Source of the DNA: an uncultured Clostridia bacterium
Lineage (GTDB): Bacteria > Bacillota > Clostridia > Oscillospirales > Acutalibacteraceae
DNA: 64,000 nt
NCBI GenBank assembly: GCA_945876745.1
Contig: CAMCPL010000008.1
Coordinates: 8,757 to 72,756 of the forward strand
Reading direction: 5' to 3'
A program made the translations under genes and the position numbers. Shown piece after piece: positions 54,768 through 63,790 of this stretch. Every line of letters starts with the position of its first letter. Positions within the stretch are counted from its first letter, which is position 1. Under the pieces are notes generated by a model. The model had not been told where the DNA came from and made no database searches. It saw nothing but the letters and a program-made list of their open reading frames with translations.

Positions 54768-56277
54768 GGAAAAGTTTTGTTGCCCTAAATGTAAAAAGTA
54801 CATAAATCCCTTGTATATGAAGCCGAATTGTCCTCATTGCAACGTGAATTTGCTGTATTATCAAATGGATTCTCGCCTTGAGCAGGACGCTCAAAGGGCT
54901 GAAAAAGAAGTCAATGCGGTAAACAGATTTTTGAATATGCTCAAGGAGTCGAGCATAGCCTCGCCGCTTCATATTATAAGGCTTGTTGTGTTCTTTTTGC
55001 CGCTTGCATCAATGTGCCTGCCGATGTTTTGGGCAGGGCATAAGAACGTTTCGCTTATAACGCTCATAATGAGCATCGTCAACTACGGTCTTGATTTCAA
55101 CGCTATGCTCGGAGATTTGTCGTATTTCTTCGCAGTGCTCAGTATTGTGTGCGTGGTAGTATTTTCGCTTGTTGTCATTATCGGCTCGCTGTTTTCCGCA
55201 GGTAAAAACGGCTATAAGCGAAACGTTGCGTTCAGTGTTGTGAATACTGTTATTTTAGGCGTTTTGGGCATACTCGTTTGTGCAAACGGCGGTATGGCAA
55301 TGTGGGGCTTTTATTTGACATTATTCCTTTACGGTCTTGATTTTGTTTTGCATTTCCTGTGCGAAAAGGATAGCAAGGGCAAAATTTCAACAGTTGTCTG
55401 CGTTTTACTCTGCGTTGCTATTGCAGTTGCTTCTATGGCTATGCCGAAGCCTGTAAAAACCATTACCGATTATGCAGGTGACGACAGCGACGTAAGAGTT
55501 GTTTCGTTCAATGTTGCCTCGGCGTTCGGCACAAAGCTTGAGGACACCGACAGTATGCAAAGGTGTAAGCGCTTTGGCGATGAAATGAGAATGTCGATGC
55601 CCGACTTAATCGGTACACAGGAGATAAACAGTCTGTGGGTAGCCGAGCTTAAAAAAACGCTCCCCGAATACCAGATTTATGCCGTTGCACGAGGCGGCGA
55701 CAGCAGTGAAGAAAAAAGCGAAATGAATGCGGTTATGTGGAACACGCTTGAATACACGATTGTTGACGAAGGAACATTTTGGCTTTCGCAAACGCCGGAC
55801 GTTGAGAGCAAGTATACTTATATCGACGAAAATGGCGAAGAAAAAAGCGCAGGCTGCAATCGCATTTGCTCATACGTTGTTCTTGATGAAATAAAAACCG
55901 ACAGGCGCTTGCTGTTTATGAATACTCATCTTGATAATTCAAGCGAGCAAGCCCGCATTTTCGGCGTCGGCGTTATTTTGGAAAAAATGAGCGAGCTAAG
56001 GTCGAACTACGGAAACATTCCCGTGATTTTGACAGGCGATTTCAACGAGGTTGAACAGGACGAGGCGGTCAAAACGGTGTCGAGTCTGCTGAATAACACG
56101 ACCGACCCATCGAAGAAAAAAGCTACCTATCAGTCGTGGGGCTACCGTATAAATTCCGACGAGCCGATTGATTACATTTTTACCACCGGAAACGGCAAAA
56201 ATTATACTGTTATAGATAATCTTTCAAACGGCTACATATCCGACCATTTCGGAATAATGACGGATATCAAGCTGTGA
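54748..56277 (+). CDS. Zinc-ribbon membrane protein with C-terminal EEP phosphodiesterase/phosphatase domain
   Basis: CPKC..CPHC; about 5 TM helices; SFNV, DLIGTQE, NTHLD, GDFN, IDYIF, SDH motifs; start uncertain. Confidence 0.8.
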   Translation: MSRLKSKEKFCCPKCKKYINPLYMKPNCPHCNVNLLYYQMDSRLEQDAQRAEKEVNAVNRFLNMLKESSIASPLHIIRLVVFFLPLASMCLPMFWAGHKNVSLITLIMSIVNYGLDFNAMLGDLSYFFAVLSIVCVVVFSLVVIIGSLFSAGKNGYKRNVAFSVVNTVILGVLGILVCANGGMAMWGFYLTLFLYGLDFVLHFLCEKDSKGKISTVVCVLLCVAIAVASMAMPKPVKTITDYAGDDSDVRVVSFNVASAFGTKLEDTDSMQRCKRFGDEMRMSMPDLIGTQEINSLWVAELKKTLPEYQIYAVARGGDSSEEKSEMNAVMWNTLEYTIVDEGTFWLSQTPDVESKYTYIDENGEEKSAGCNRICSYVVLDEIKTDRRLLFMNTHLDNSSEQARIFGVGVILEKMSELRSNYGNIPVILTGDFNEVEQDEAVKTVSSLLNNTTDPSKKKATYQSWGYRINSDEPIDYIFTTGNGKNYTVIDNLSNGYISDHFGIMTDIKL

Positions 56278-56301
56278 TAAAAATCGTGAGGAAGTGAGAA
56301 T

Positions 56302-57258
56302 ATGTTATTTCATTTATTAGAGGACATTATTTCAACAAATCAATATATCGCAATAGCTTCGTTTATTGCGTTTGCGCTTTGCTTTGTTTTGCTTAAGCTG
56401 AAGCTTCCGTTTTTGCCAAAGGACAAGGGCAGAGAATTTGCCGTAAACGGCGAGGCTTCAAAGGGAAAAATCCGAGGTGTGGGGCTTATTATGGTTTGCG
56501 CATTTATTGTGTGCGGCGTTTTTCTGCTCCCGCTTAACAGAGAATTTATTTGCTACTACATTCTTCTGTTTTTGGAAATGCTCAGCGGTTATCTTGACGA
56601 CGCCTCGGACAAGCCTTGGGCTGACTACAAAAAGGGGCTTATTGACTTTATAATCTGCCTTGCTTTGTCGATAGTATTTGTACGCAATAATTCGACAACG
56701 ATTTTCTTCTTTAGCTTCGAGCTTTATATTCACCCCGTTGTTTTCGTTATTCTTTCAACAATTCTGCTTTGGGTCGGCATTAATGTTACGAACTGCTCGG
56801 ACGGCGTTGACGGTCTTTGTGCAAGCCTGAGTACAATTACGCTTTTGAGTATTACGACGATTTTCTATTCACAAATCGGCGAGCAGTATACAACCTTTAG
56901 CTATATTATGGTCGGCGTTTTGGTGGCTTATCTTTGCTTCAACACAAGTCCGAGTGCACAGCTTATGGGCGACGCAGGCTCAAGAGCAATCGGCGTGCTG
57001 ATTGTGATTATGGTACTGAAATCCGGTCATCCGTTTAGCTATCTTCTTGTGTCAGCCGTACTTTTAGTCGACGGTATCGCAGGTCTTATTAAGATTTTCC
57101 TCAAGAGATTTTTCAAAATCGAGGTATTAAAGCATACTCGCACTCCGATACACGACGAGATGCGTAAAAATCACGCTTGGTCGGATACACAGGTTGTAGT
57201 TCGCTTTTCGATTATTCAGCTTCTTTTGTCGGCAGTTCAATACATTATCATAAAATGA
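56302..57258 (+). CDS. MraY-like polyprenyl-phosphate sugar-phosphotransferase
   Basis: G.LDD; N.TN..DG.DGL; MGDAGS; P.H loop variant; multiple TM helices. Confidence 0.8.
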   Translation: MLFHLLEDIISTNQYIAIASFIAFALCFVLLKLKLPFLPKDKGREFAVNGEASKGKIRGVGLIMVCAFIVCGVFLLPLNREFICYYILLFLEMLSGYLDDASDKPWADYKKGLIDFIICLALSIVFVRNNSTTIFFFSFELYIHPVVFVILSTILLWVGINVTNCSDGVDGLCASLSTITLLSITTIFYSQIGEQYTTFSYIMVGVLVAYLCFNTSPSAQLMGDAGSRAIGVLIVIMVLKSGHPFSYLLVSAVLLVDGIAGLIKIFLKRFFKIEVLKHTRTPIHDEMRKNHAWSDTQVVVRFSIIQLLLSAVQYIIIK

Positions 57259-57307
57259 TTTTCTAATAGCAAACCCCTCGCACGAAATTATCGCGCGAGG
57301 GGCTTGT

Positions 57308-57814
57308 TCATTTGTCCCAACTCAAATTATGTAATTTTCCTTTTTGTACAAGCTCAGGATAGTTCCATTGCCGAAGCACCTCATAGGTTCCGATTGCGAC
57401 AGCGTTCGACAAATTGAGGCTTCTGATTATTCCTCTCATCGGCATTCTTACACAGTAGTCGTGGTTGTCCTTGAGCAGTTCTTCGGGCAAGCCCTTTGTC
57501 TCCTTGCCGAAAACGAGGTAGCAGTTGTTCGGATATTCAACATCCGAATGAGCCTGCTCTGCTTTTGTCGAAAAATAGTAGAAGGTTCCTCCTGCATTTT
57601 TTTCAAAAAATTCCTCGGTGCTGTCGTAAAATGTAATATCGAGTTTGTCCCAGTAATCAAGTCCGGCTCTTTTCACCTGCTTGTCCGTGATATGAAAGCC
57701 CATAGGACCTACAAGATGAAGTCTTGCGCCTGTTGCGGCGCAGGTGCGTGCAATATTTCCCGTGTTTTGCGGAATTTCGGGTTCAATTAAAACTATGTTA
57801 AGCGAGTGTTCCAT
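57308..57814 (-). CDS. trmL: tRNA (cytidine34-2'-O)-methyltransferase
   Basis: EPEIPQNTGNI.RTCA; RAGLDYW; FGKET.GLP; RSLNLSN.VA. Confidence 0.95.
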   Translation of the reverse strand: MEHSLNIVLIEPEIPQNTGNIARTCAATGARLHLVGPMGFHITDKQVKRAGLDYWDKLDITFYDSTEEFFEKNAGGTFYYFSTKAEQAHSDVEYPNNCYLVFGKETKGLPEELLKDNHDYCVRMPMRGIIRSLNLSNAVAIGTYEVLRQWNYPELVQKGKLHNLSWDK

Positions 57815-58919
57815 TGATATAAACCTCTGTGATTTCCAAATTTTCGTCCGTTATAACAAGGTCGGCGTTTTTACCGACGGCTATCGAGCCGATATTATTT
57901 TCCTCGTGTATTACTCTTGCAGGATTTATTGTGCAGGATTTCAATGCCGTTTTGAAATCAATGCCGAAGTCAAGCAGATTTTTGAATTCGTCAAAAACAT
58001 TTGTGATTGAAGCGGCGATTGTTCCGTCTTCAAGCCTTGCAACCTTGTAGCCGTCCTTGACATAAGTTGTTTGACCGCCGAGCTCGTATTCGCCGTTTCC
58101 CATACCTGCGCCTCTCATTGAGTCGCTGATAACTACTGCTCTGTCCTCGCCTAAAAGCCTAAACGAATTTCGTAAAACGGCAGGACAAATATGCTCACCG
58201 TCGCAGATAAGCTCGCAGGTGACGTTGTTGTCAAACGCTGTTCCGACAACGCCTGCCTGTCTGTGAGTCATAGGCGTCATAGCGTTGAAAAGGTGAGTAA
58301 TGTGGTTTGCTCCGTTGTCTATTGCTCTTTGACATTCGAGTGCATTTGCGCTTGTGTGACCGATAGAAACAGTCGTTTTTGCACTTGCATTTTTGATAAA
58401 AGCCTCGCTGTCAAAAGCTTCGGGCGCAATGGTGATTAGCTTCATAAGACCGCCGCTTGAAGTAAACAATTTGTCGAAAGTCTCATTTGTCCCTGTGACA
58501 ACATAATCTCCGTTTTGCGCGCCCTTTTTGCTCATTGCAATAAACGGACCCTCAAAATTTATTCCGACAACTCTTGCACCGCTTTTTTGCTTTGACGAAA
58601 AATCGGCAATACTACTTGATATTTCACAAAGTCTTTCAATAGGAAGCGTCATTGTCGTAGGGCAAAACGAGGTAACGCCGTGTTTTGCAAGATAATCGGC
58701 GATATTTTGGAGCGCTTCGGAATTACCGTCGCACGAGTCCGCACCTGCACCGCCGTGAATATGAATGTCAACAAAGCCGGGAAATACGATTTTACCACGC
58801 ATATCAACGCCGTCACCGTCGATAAACCCGATTTCGCTGATTTTACCGTTTTCAATTTTTATGTCCCCGAATTCTTTTTCAAACTGTTCGTTGAAAAAGG
58901 TGCAGTTTTTCAGTATCAT
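57798..58919 (-). CDS. nagA: N-acetylglucosamine-6-phosphate deacetylase
   Basis: PGFVD.H.HG; EGPF; GHT; THLFNAM; DG.H; SDSM; NPAR. Confidence 0.95.
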   Translation of the reverse strand: MILKNCTFFNEQFEKEFGDIKIENGKISEIGFIDGDGVDMRGKIVFPGFVDIHIHGGAGADSCDGNSEALQNIADYLAKHGVTSFCPTTMTLPIERLCEISSSIADFSSKQKSGARVVGINFEGPFIAMSKKGAQNGDYVVTGTNETFDKLFTSSGGLMKLITIAPEAFDSEAFIKNASAKTTVSIGHTSANALECQRAIDNGANHITHLFNAMTPMTHRQAGVVGTAFDNNVTCELICDGEHICPAVLRNSFRLLGEDRAVVISDSMRGAGMGNGEYELGGQTTYVKDGYKVARLEDGTIAASITNVFDEFKNLLDFGIDFKTALKSCTINPARVIHEENNIGSIAVGKNADLVITDENLEITEVYINGTLA

Positions 58920-59881
58920 TATTCGTACTCCTTGATTATTCTGTATGATAGCTCCTGTAATTGCTCAAAGCGCTCGTATTTTCCTATTTCCGCACGGAGC
59001 CTTGCGCCACCCTTCATACCCTTTGTGTAGTATGCCGCGTGATGCCGCGCCTCTCTCATAGCCGTGTATTCGCCCTTGTATTCAATCGTTTTTTGAATAT
59101 GCTTTAGCATTGTGTACATCTTTTGAGTTATGCTCACTTCAGGCATAACCTTACATTCTTCAAGATAAGCGTTGATATTGGAAAAAATCCAAGGATTTCC
59201 GAGTGCACCTCTGCCTATCATAATAGCGTCTGCGCCTGTTTTTTCGAGCATAATTGCGGCTGACTGCTCGTCAACAATGTCGCCGTTTGCAATAACCGGT
59301 ATGCCGACGCTCTTTTTTACCTGTGCGATAATGTCGTAATCGACCTTACCGGCGTACATCTGCTGTCTCGTTCTGCCGTGAACGGCAACTGCGCTTGCAC
59401 CTGCCTTTTCGGCAAGACAAGCCATTTCAACGGCGTTAATACTGTCGTCGTCCCAGCCCTTGCGTATTTTAACCGTTATCGGAATATCAACCGCGCCCAC
59501 AACCGCTTTTACGATTTCGTATGCAAGCTGAGGCTTTTTCATAAGGCTTGCACCGCCGCCGTTCATAGCGATTTTCGGTGCAGGGCAACCCATATTTATG
59601 TCGATAATATCCGGCTTAAAATCAAGGCATTTTATTGCCGCTGCCGTCATAATTTCGGGATTGTCGCCGAAAAGCTGTGCACCCGACGGTCTGTTTTCGC
59701 CAAGCTCCAAAAGCTGCGCACTTTTTCTGTCACCCATTGTAAGCCCCTTTGACGATACCATTTCGCTTACCGTATATCCGGCGCCGTGCCGGGCGCAAAG
59801 CTCACGAAACGCCCTGTCGGCAATCCCCGCCATCGGCGCTAAAAATGTAATATGTTCAAATTCAACATTTCCTATTTTCAT
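58919..59881 (-). CDS. dusB: tRNA-dihydrouridine synthase B
   Basis: LAPMAG..D; DINMGCP; VHGRT; NGD; MIGRGALGNPW. Confidence 0.95.
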   Translation of the reverse strand: MKIGNVEFEHITFLAPMAGIADRAFRELCARHGAGYTVSEMVSSKGLTMGDRKSAQLLELGENRPSGAQLFGDNPEIMTAAAIKCLDFKPDIIDINMGCPAPKIAMNGGGASLMKKPQLAYEIVKAVVGAVDIPITVKIRKGWDDDSINAVEMACLAEKAGASAVAVHGRTRQQMYAGKVDYDIIAQVKKSVGIPVIANGDIVDEQSAAIMLEKTGADAIMIGRGALGNPWIFSNINAYLEECKVMPEVSITQKMYTMLKHIQKTIEYKGEYTAMREARHHAAYYTKGMKGGARLRAEIGKYERFEQLQELSYRIIKEYE

Positions 59882-60023
59882 AACTAAACCTCTTTAAATT
59901 AATATATCACAACCCGCGCCCGAAATCAACCGAGGCGCAACGAAAATTTTTGTTGAATTTGCGCTGATTTTATAGTATGTTTGTTCGGTTTTTGAAAAAA
60001 GAAAAATAATCTTTAATCAGTTG

Positions 60024-60052
60024 TTGACATCTTTGTAAGATTGTGTTACTAT
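60024..60052 (+). promoter_or_regulatory. sigmaA promoter ~260 bp upstream of murA
   Basis: TTGACA-17bp-TACTAT with extended TG. Confidence 0.65.
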
Positions 60053-60314
60053 TTTGTTACCTTAATTAATAACAAAATATTGAAAAATATGTCGGAATTA
60101 ATTTGAAAACGCTATATATTGTATGCGGTTTTCATAAGCACCATATATTTTGATAATCGAAAAATTACATTTTGGATAAAATAGGCGACTGTTTATTTCC
60201 TTTAGCGGTGTAATTTGATATAATTATTTATGTGTGAGCATACACATATTTTTTATTTTGCTTTTAATACTATTAATATAAATTAATTATGCCTCAAGGA
60301 TTGGAGGGAATCTG

Positions 60315-61601
60315 GTGGATAATTTTGTAATTAACGGCGGACACGAGCTGTTCGGCGAAGTTAATATCAGCGGTGCAAAGAATGCCGCTGTCGCTATTAT
60401 CCCTGCCGCTATTCTTGCAGATGATTTGGTAAGAATAGAGAATATTCCGCAAATAAGTGATGTTCAGCTGATTATAGAGATTTTGGACAGAATGGGAGCT
60501 CAAATCAAGCTGATAAATAAGAATACTATCGAAATTGACACCTCAAATATTAGCTATCAAAGTGTACCGTATGAGCTTACCTCGCATTTCAGAGCAAGCT
60601 ATTATTTAATCGGTGCAATGCTCGGAAGATTTAATCAGGCCGAGGTTGCAATGCCGGGCGGCTGTAATTTCGGAGTGAGACCTATCGACCAGCATATCAA
60701 GGGCTTTGAAATGCTCGGTGCCGATATTGATATTATCGACGGAATGGTTAGCGCAAATGCGGATAAGTTAATGGGCACGTCGATTTATATGGACGTTGTT
60801 TCCGTCGGCGCAACAATAAATATTATGCTCGCCGCAGTTAAGGCAAGAGGACTTACAATTATCGAAAATGCCGCAAAGGAGCCGCATATTGTTGACCTTG
60901 CAAACTTCCTTAACTCAATGGGAGCAGACGTAAGAGGCGCAGGAACGGACGTTATCAAAATCCGCGGCGTAGAAAAAATGCACGGCTGTACCTATTCCAT
61001 TATCCCCGACCAGATCGAAGCGGGAACATATATGGTTGCTGCGGCGGCTTGCGGCGGTGATGTTCTTATAAAGAATGTTATACCAAAGCACCTTGAATCC
61101 ATCAGTGCAAAATTGGAGGAAGCAGGCGCAGAGGTTATTGAATACGACGACGCAGTTCGTGTTACACGCTTTAAGAATCTTACAAAGTGTAATGTAAAAA
61201 CAATGCCCCACCCGGGCTTTCCTACTGATATGCAGCCTCAAATGGCGGTGCTTTTGTCGATAGCACAGGGAACAAGTATTCTTTCCGAAAGCGTTTGGGA
61301 TAACCGTTTTCAGTATGTCGGACAGCTTCTTCGTATGGGCGCCGATATTCAGGTTGACGGCAAGGTTGCGGTTATTGTCGGCAAGGAAAAGCTCACAGGC
61401 GTTACCGTTAAGGCGACCGACCTTCGTGCAGGTGCGGCAATGATTATTGCAGGTCTTGTCGCAGACGGTACAACGGTTGTTGAGGATATTGCTTATGTTG
61501 ACCGAGGTTATGAGGATGTTGTTGAAAAATTCGCTTCTCTCGGTGCGGATATAAAGCGTGCTGTTGTTAAGGAGGAAAAGTCTGTACAGGGTGCAGGTTA
61601 A
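60315..61601 (+). CDS. murA: UDP-N-acetylglucosamine 1-carboxyvinyltransferase
   Basis: SGAKNA; RAS; PGGC..G.RPID.H; SVGAT.N; P.PGFPTD.Q; DLRAGA; DRGYE. Confidence 0.97.
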   Translation: MDNFVINGGHELFGEVNISGAKNAAVAIIPAAILADDLVRIENIPQISDVQLIIEILDRMGAQIKLINKNTIEIDTSNISYQSVPYELTSHFRASYYLIGAMLGRFNQAEVAMPGGCNFGVRPIDQHIKGFEMLGADIDIIDGMVSANADKLMGTSIYMDVVSVGATINIMLAAVKARGLTIIENAAKEPHIVDLANFLNSMGADVRGAGTDVIKIRGVEKMHGCTYSIIPDQIEAGTYMVAAAACGGDVLIKNVIPKHLESISAKLEEAGAEVIEYDDAVRVTRFKNLTKCNVKTMPHPGFPTDMQPQMAVLLSIAQGTSILSESVWDNRFQYVGQLLRMGADIQVDGKVAVIVGKEKLTGVTVKATDLRAGAAMIIAGLVADGTTVVEDIAYVDRGYEDVVEKFASLGADIKRAVVKEEKSVQGAG

Positions 61602-61654
61602 TAATATAATATGAGCCCTCGTTCATAGGCGAGGGCTTTATTTTCGGAGAATAT

Positions 61655-62443
61655 ATGTCAAAGGTATGTCAGCTCTTTTCGGGGAGCAAGGGAAATTCAA
61701 TATACATATCCTGCTCAAAGGGTAAATTCCTTGTTGACGCAGGAGTAAGCGCAAAGCGACTTGAAAATGCGCTTAAAAATATCAATGTTCAGCCCTGTGA
61801 TTTAGACGCTGTTTTTATCACTCACGAGCATAGCGACCATATTTCGGGCGTAAGGGTTTTTGCTTCGAGATATAACCTGCCCGTCTATGCTCATCCCGAT
61901 GTAATCAGCGTTATGAGAGGTATCGGAGCGTTCAAAAATAAGGATGACGGAATTTGTCTTTGCGATAGGACGGAGCTTAACGGCGTTGAAATTGTGCCGT
62001 TTTGCAACAGTCACGATAGCGTTGCGTGCTACGGCTATCGCTTTAATTTGAGCGACGGCAGGTCGGTTGGAGTGTGCACCGATACGGGCTATGTAACAGA
62101 CGATGCTAAAAACAGTCTGCTCGGATGCGATTTGGTTTTTTTGGAGTCAAACCACGAGGTTACAATGCTTCAAAACGGAATATATCCTTATCCGCTTAAA
62201 AAACGAATTTTGTCTGGCGAAGGACATTTGTCGAATTATGCCTGCGGTGAATTTGCAAAGGAGCTTGTCAAAAACGGCACAACAAGGATTATATTATCGC
62301 ATTTGAGTCAAGAGAATAACACTCCCGACATCGCACGCCAAACTACTCTTTGTGCGCTCAACGAAGCGGGCTTCGAGGAAAATGTTGATTTCAAGCTCGC
62401 CGTATCACCCGAAGAAAATTACGAAAGACCGATTGTTCTATGA
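61655..62443 (+). CDS. MBL-fold metallo-hydrolase (YycJ/WalJ-like)
   Basis: SGSKGN; THEHSDH; SHD; TDTG; ESNH; GHLSN; HLSQENN. Confidence 0.88.
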   Translation: MSKVCQLFSGSKGNSIYISCSKGKFLVDAGVSAKRLENALKNINVQPCDLDAVFITHEHSDHISGVRVFASRYNLPVYAHPDVISVMRGIGAFKNKDDGICLCDRTELNGVEIVPFCNSHDSVACYGYRFNLSDGRSVGVCTDTGYVTDDAKNSLLGCDLVFLESNHEVTMLQNGIYPYPLKKRILSGEGHLSNYACGEFAKELVKNGTTRIILSHLSQENNTPDIARQTTLCALNEAGFEENVDFKLAVSPEENYERPIVL

Positions 62444-62922
62444 TGAAGATTACAGTTATTGCCGTCGGCAAGCTCAAGGAAAAATATCTGCGTGACGGCT
62501 GTGATGAATATTTGAAGCGGCTCGGCGCTTTTTCAAAGGTGAATATTGTCGAAATCGGCGAGGAGCGTTGCTCGGACAATCCGTCTGACGCAGAGATTGA
62601 GGCGGTTAAGGACAAAGAGGGCAAGCGCATTATTTCCAAAATTCCGAAGGGCTCGTTCGTTGTACCGATGTGTATCGAGGGCGAGCAGATGAGCAGCGAG
62701 GCGTTCAGTAAAAAAATCGAGAGTATTTCACTTAAAGGTTACGGAGAAATCACCTTTATTATCGGCGGCTCGTTCGGATTGTCCGATGAGGTTAAGTCGT
62801 TCGGCGGTTTGAAGCTCTCGTTTGGTAAGCTGACTTTACCTCACCAGCTTATGCGTGTTATATTGCTTGAACAAATCTATCGTGCGTTTTCAATATTGAA
62901 TAACAGCAAGTATCATAAATAA
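62440..62922 (+). CDS. rlmH: 23S rRNA pseudouridine1915 N3-methyltransferase
   Basis: VGKLKEKY; FIIGGS.G; LSFG.LT.PHQLMR..LLEQIYRAF.I.....YHK. Confidence 0.97.
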   Translation: MMKITVIAVGKLKEKYLRDGCDEYLKRLGAFSKVNIVEIGEERCSDNPSDAEIEAVKDKEGKRIISKIPKGSFVVPMCIEGEQMSSEAFSKKIESISLKGYGEITFIIGGSFGLSDEVKSFGGLKLSFGKLTLPHQLMRVILLEQIYRAFSILNNSKYHK

Positions 62923-62929
62923 ATAGCTT

Positions 62930-62962
62930 CACCTTGGTAAAAATATTACCGAGGTGTTTTTT
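62930..62962 (+). terminator. Terminator hairpin overlapping the spoVAD RBS
   Basis: CACCTTGGTAA-AAATA-TTACCGAGGTG then T6, immediately followed by ATG 62963. Confidence 0.7.
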
Positions 62963-63622
62963 ATGCAAAAAAAGGCAAAAACATATTTTTTTGAGCAACC
63001 TCCGGTTATTAAGGCAAGTGCCGGAGTAGTCGGCAAAAAAGAGGGTGAGGGTCCGCTTCGTGATGATTTTGACCAAATTTTCGAGGATACGACTATGGGG
63101 CAGGACAGCTTTGAGCTTGCCGAGTCGGCTATGCTTCACGATGCGATTATCCGTGCACTTTCAAAGGCGAATACAAGCCCGTCGGATGTGGATTTTATTC
63201 TGTGCGGCGATTTGCTTGACCAATGCGTAGGCTCGTGCTTTGCTCTCAAGGATTTGGAAATTCCGTTTGTCGGTATGTACGGCGCCTGCTCGACTATGGC
63301 GCTCACGCTTTGTAATGCTTCAATGCTTGTCGAGGCGGGTGCAAAGCGTTGCGTTGCGGCGGCTTCGAGCCATTTTGCGTCAAGCGAAAGACAGTTCAGA
63401 TTTCCGCTTGAATACGGCGGACAACGCCCGCCCACAGCACAATGGACAGTAACGGGAGCAGGTGCGGCAGTTGTTGAAAATGCACAAATTTCGACGGATA
63501 ATTCGGCAAATCTGCCCAAAATCAAGGCAGTTCATATCGGTACAATAACCGACCTCGGCATCAAGGACGCCAATAATATGGGTGCCGCCATGGCACCTGT
63601 TAATGCTACAATTAGACTATAA
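62963..63622 (+). pseudogene. spoVAD: Stage V sporulation protein AD, 5' part only (interrupted)
   Basis: VGKKEGEGPL; GDLL.Q; GMYGACSTM; SSHF.SSERQFRFPLEYGGQRPPTAQWTVTGAG; D.NNMGAAMAP then divergence and stop at 219 aa (full-length proteins are roughly 330-340 aa). Confidence 0.85.
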
Positions 63623-63740
63623 GATATATCAGACTTCGAGAAATGGCGATAACCACGCCGAGATTATTTTGCTGCTTATATCTTATTCAAAGCGATATGC
63701 TTTTCTACACATAAATATTTAATGGAGGTTTATAAAAATT

Positions 63741-63782
63741 AAACGACTGCAAGAGAAAACAATAAGTTTCTTGCAGTCGTTT
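63741..63782. terminator. Bidirectional terminator
   Basis: AAACGACTGCAAGA / TCTTGCAGTCGTTT 14-bp stem. Confidence 0.8.
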
Positions 63783-63790
63783 GGTTTTTG

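Noticed and set aside
60109-60153. Tandem NrdR-box-like sites
   Set aside because: Spacing is 29 bp rather than the usual 31-32, each has mismatches, and the flanking genes (dusB, murA) are not nucleotide-reduction genes
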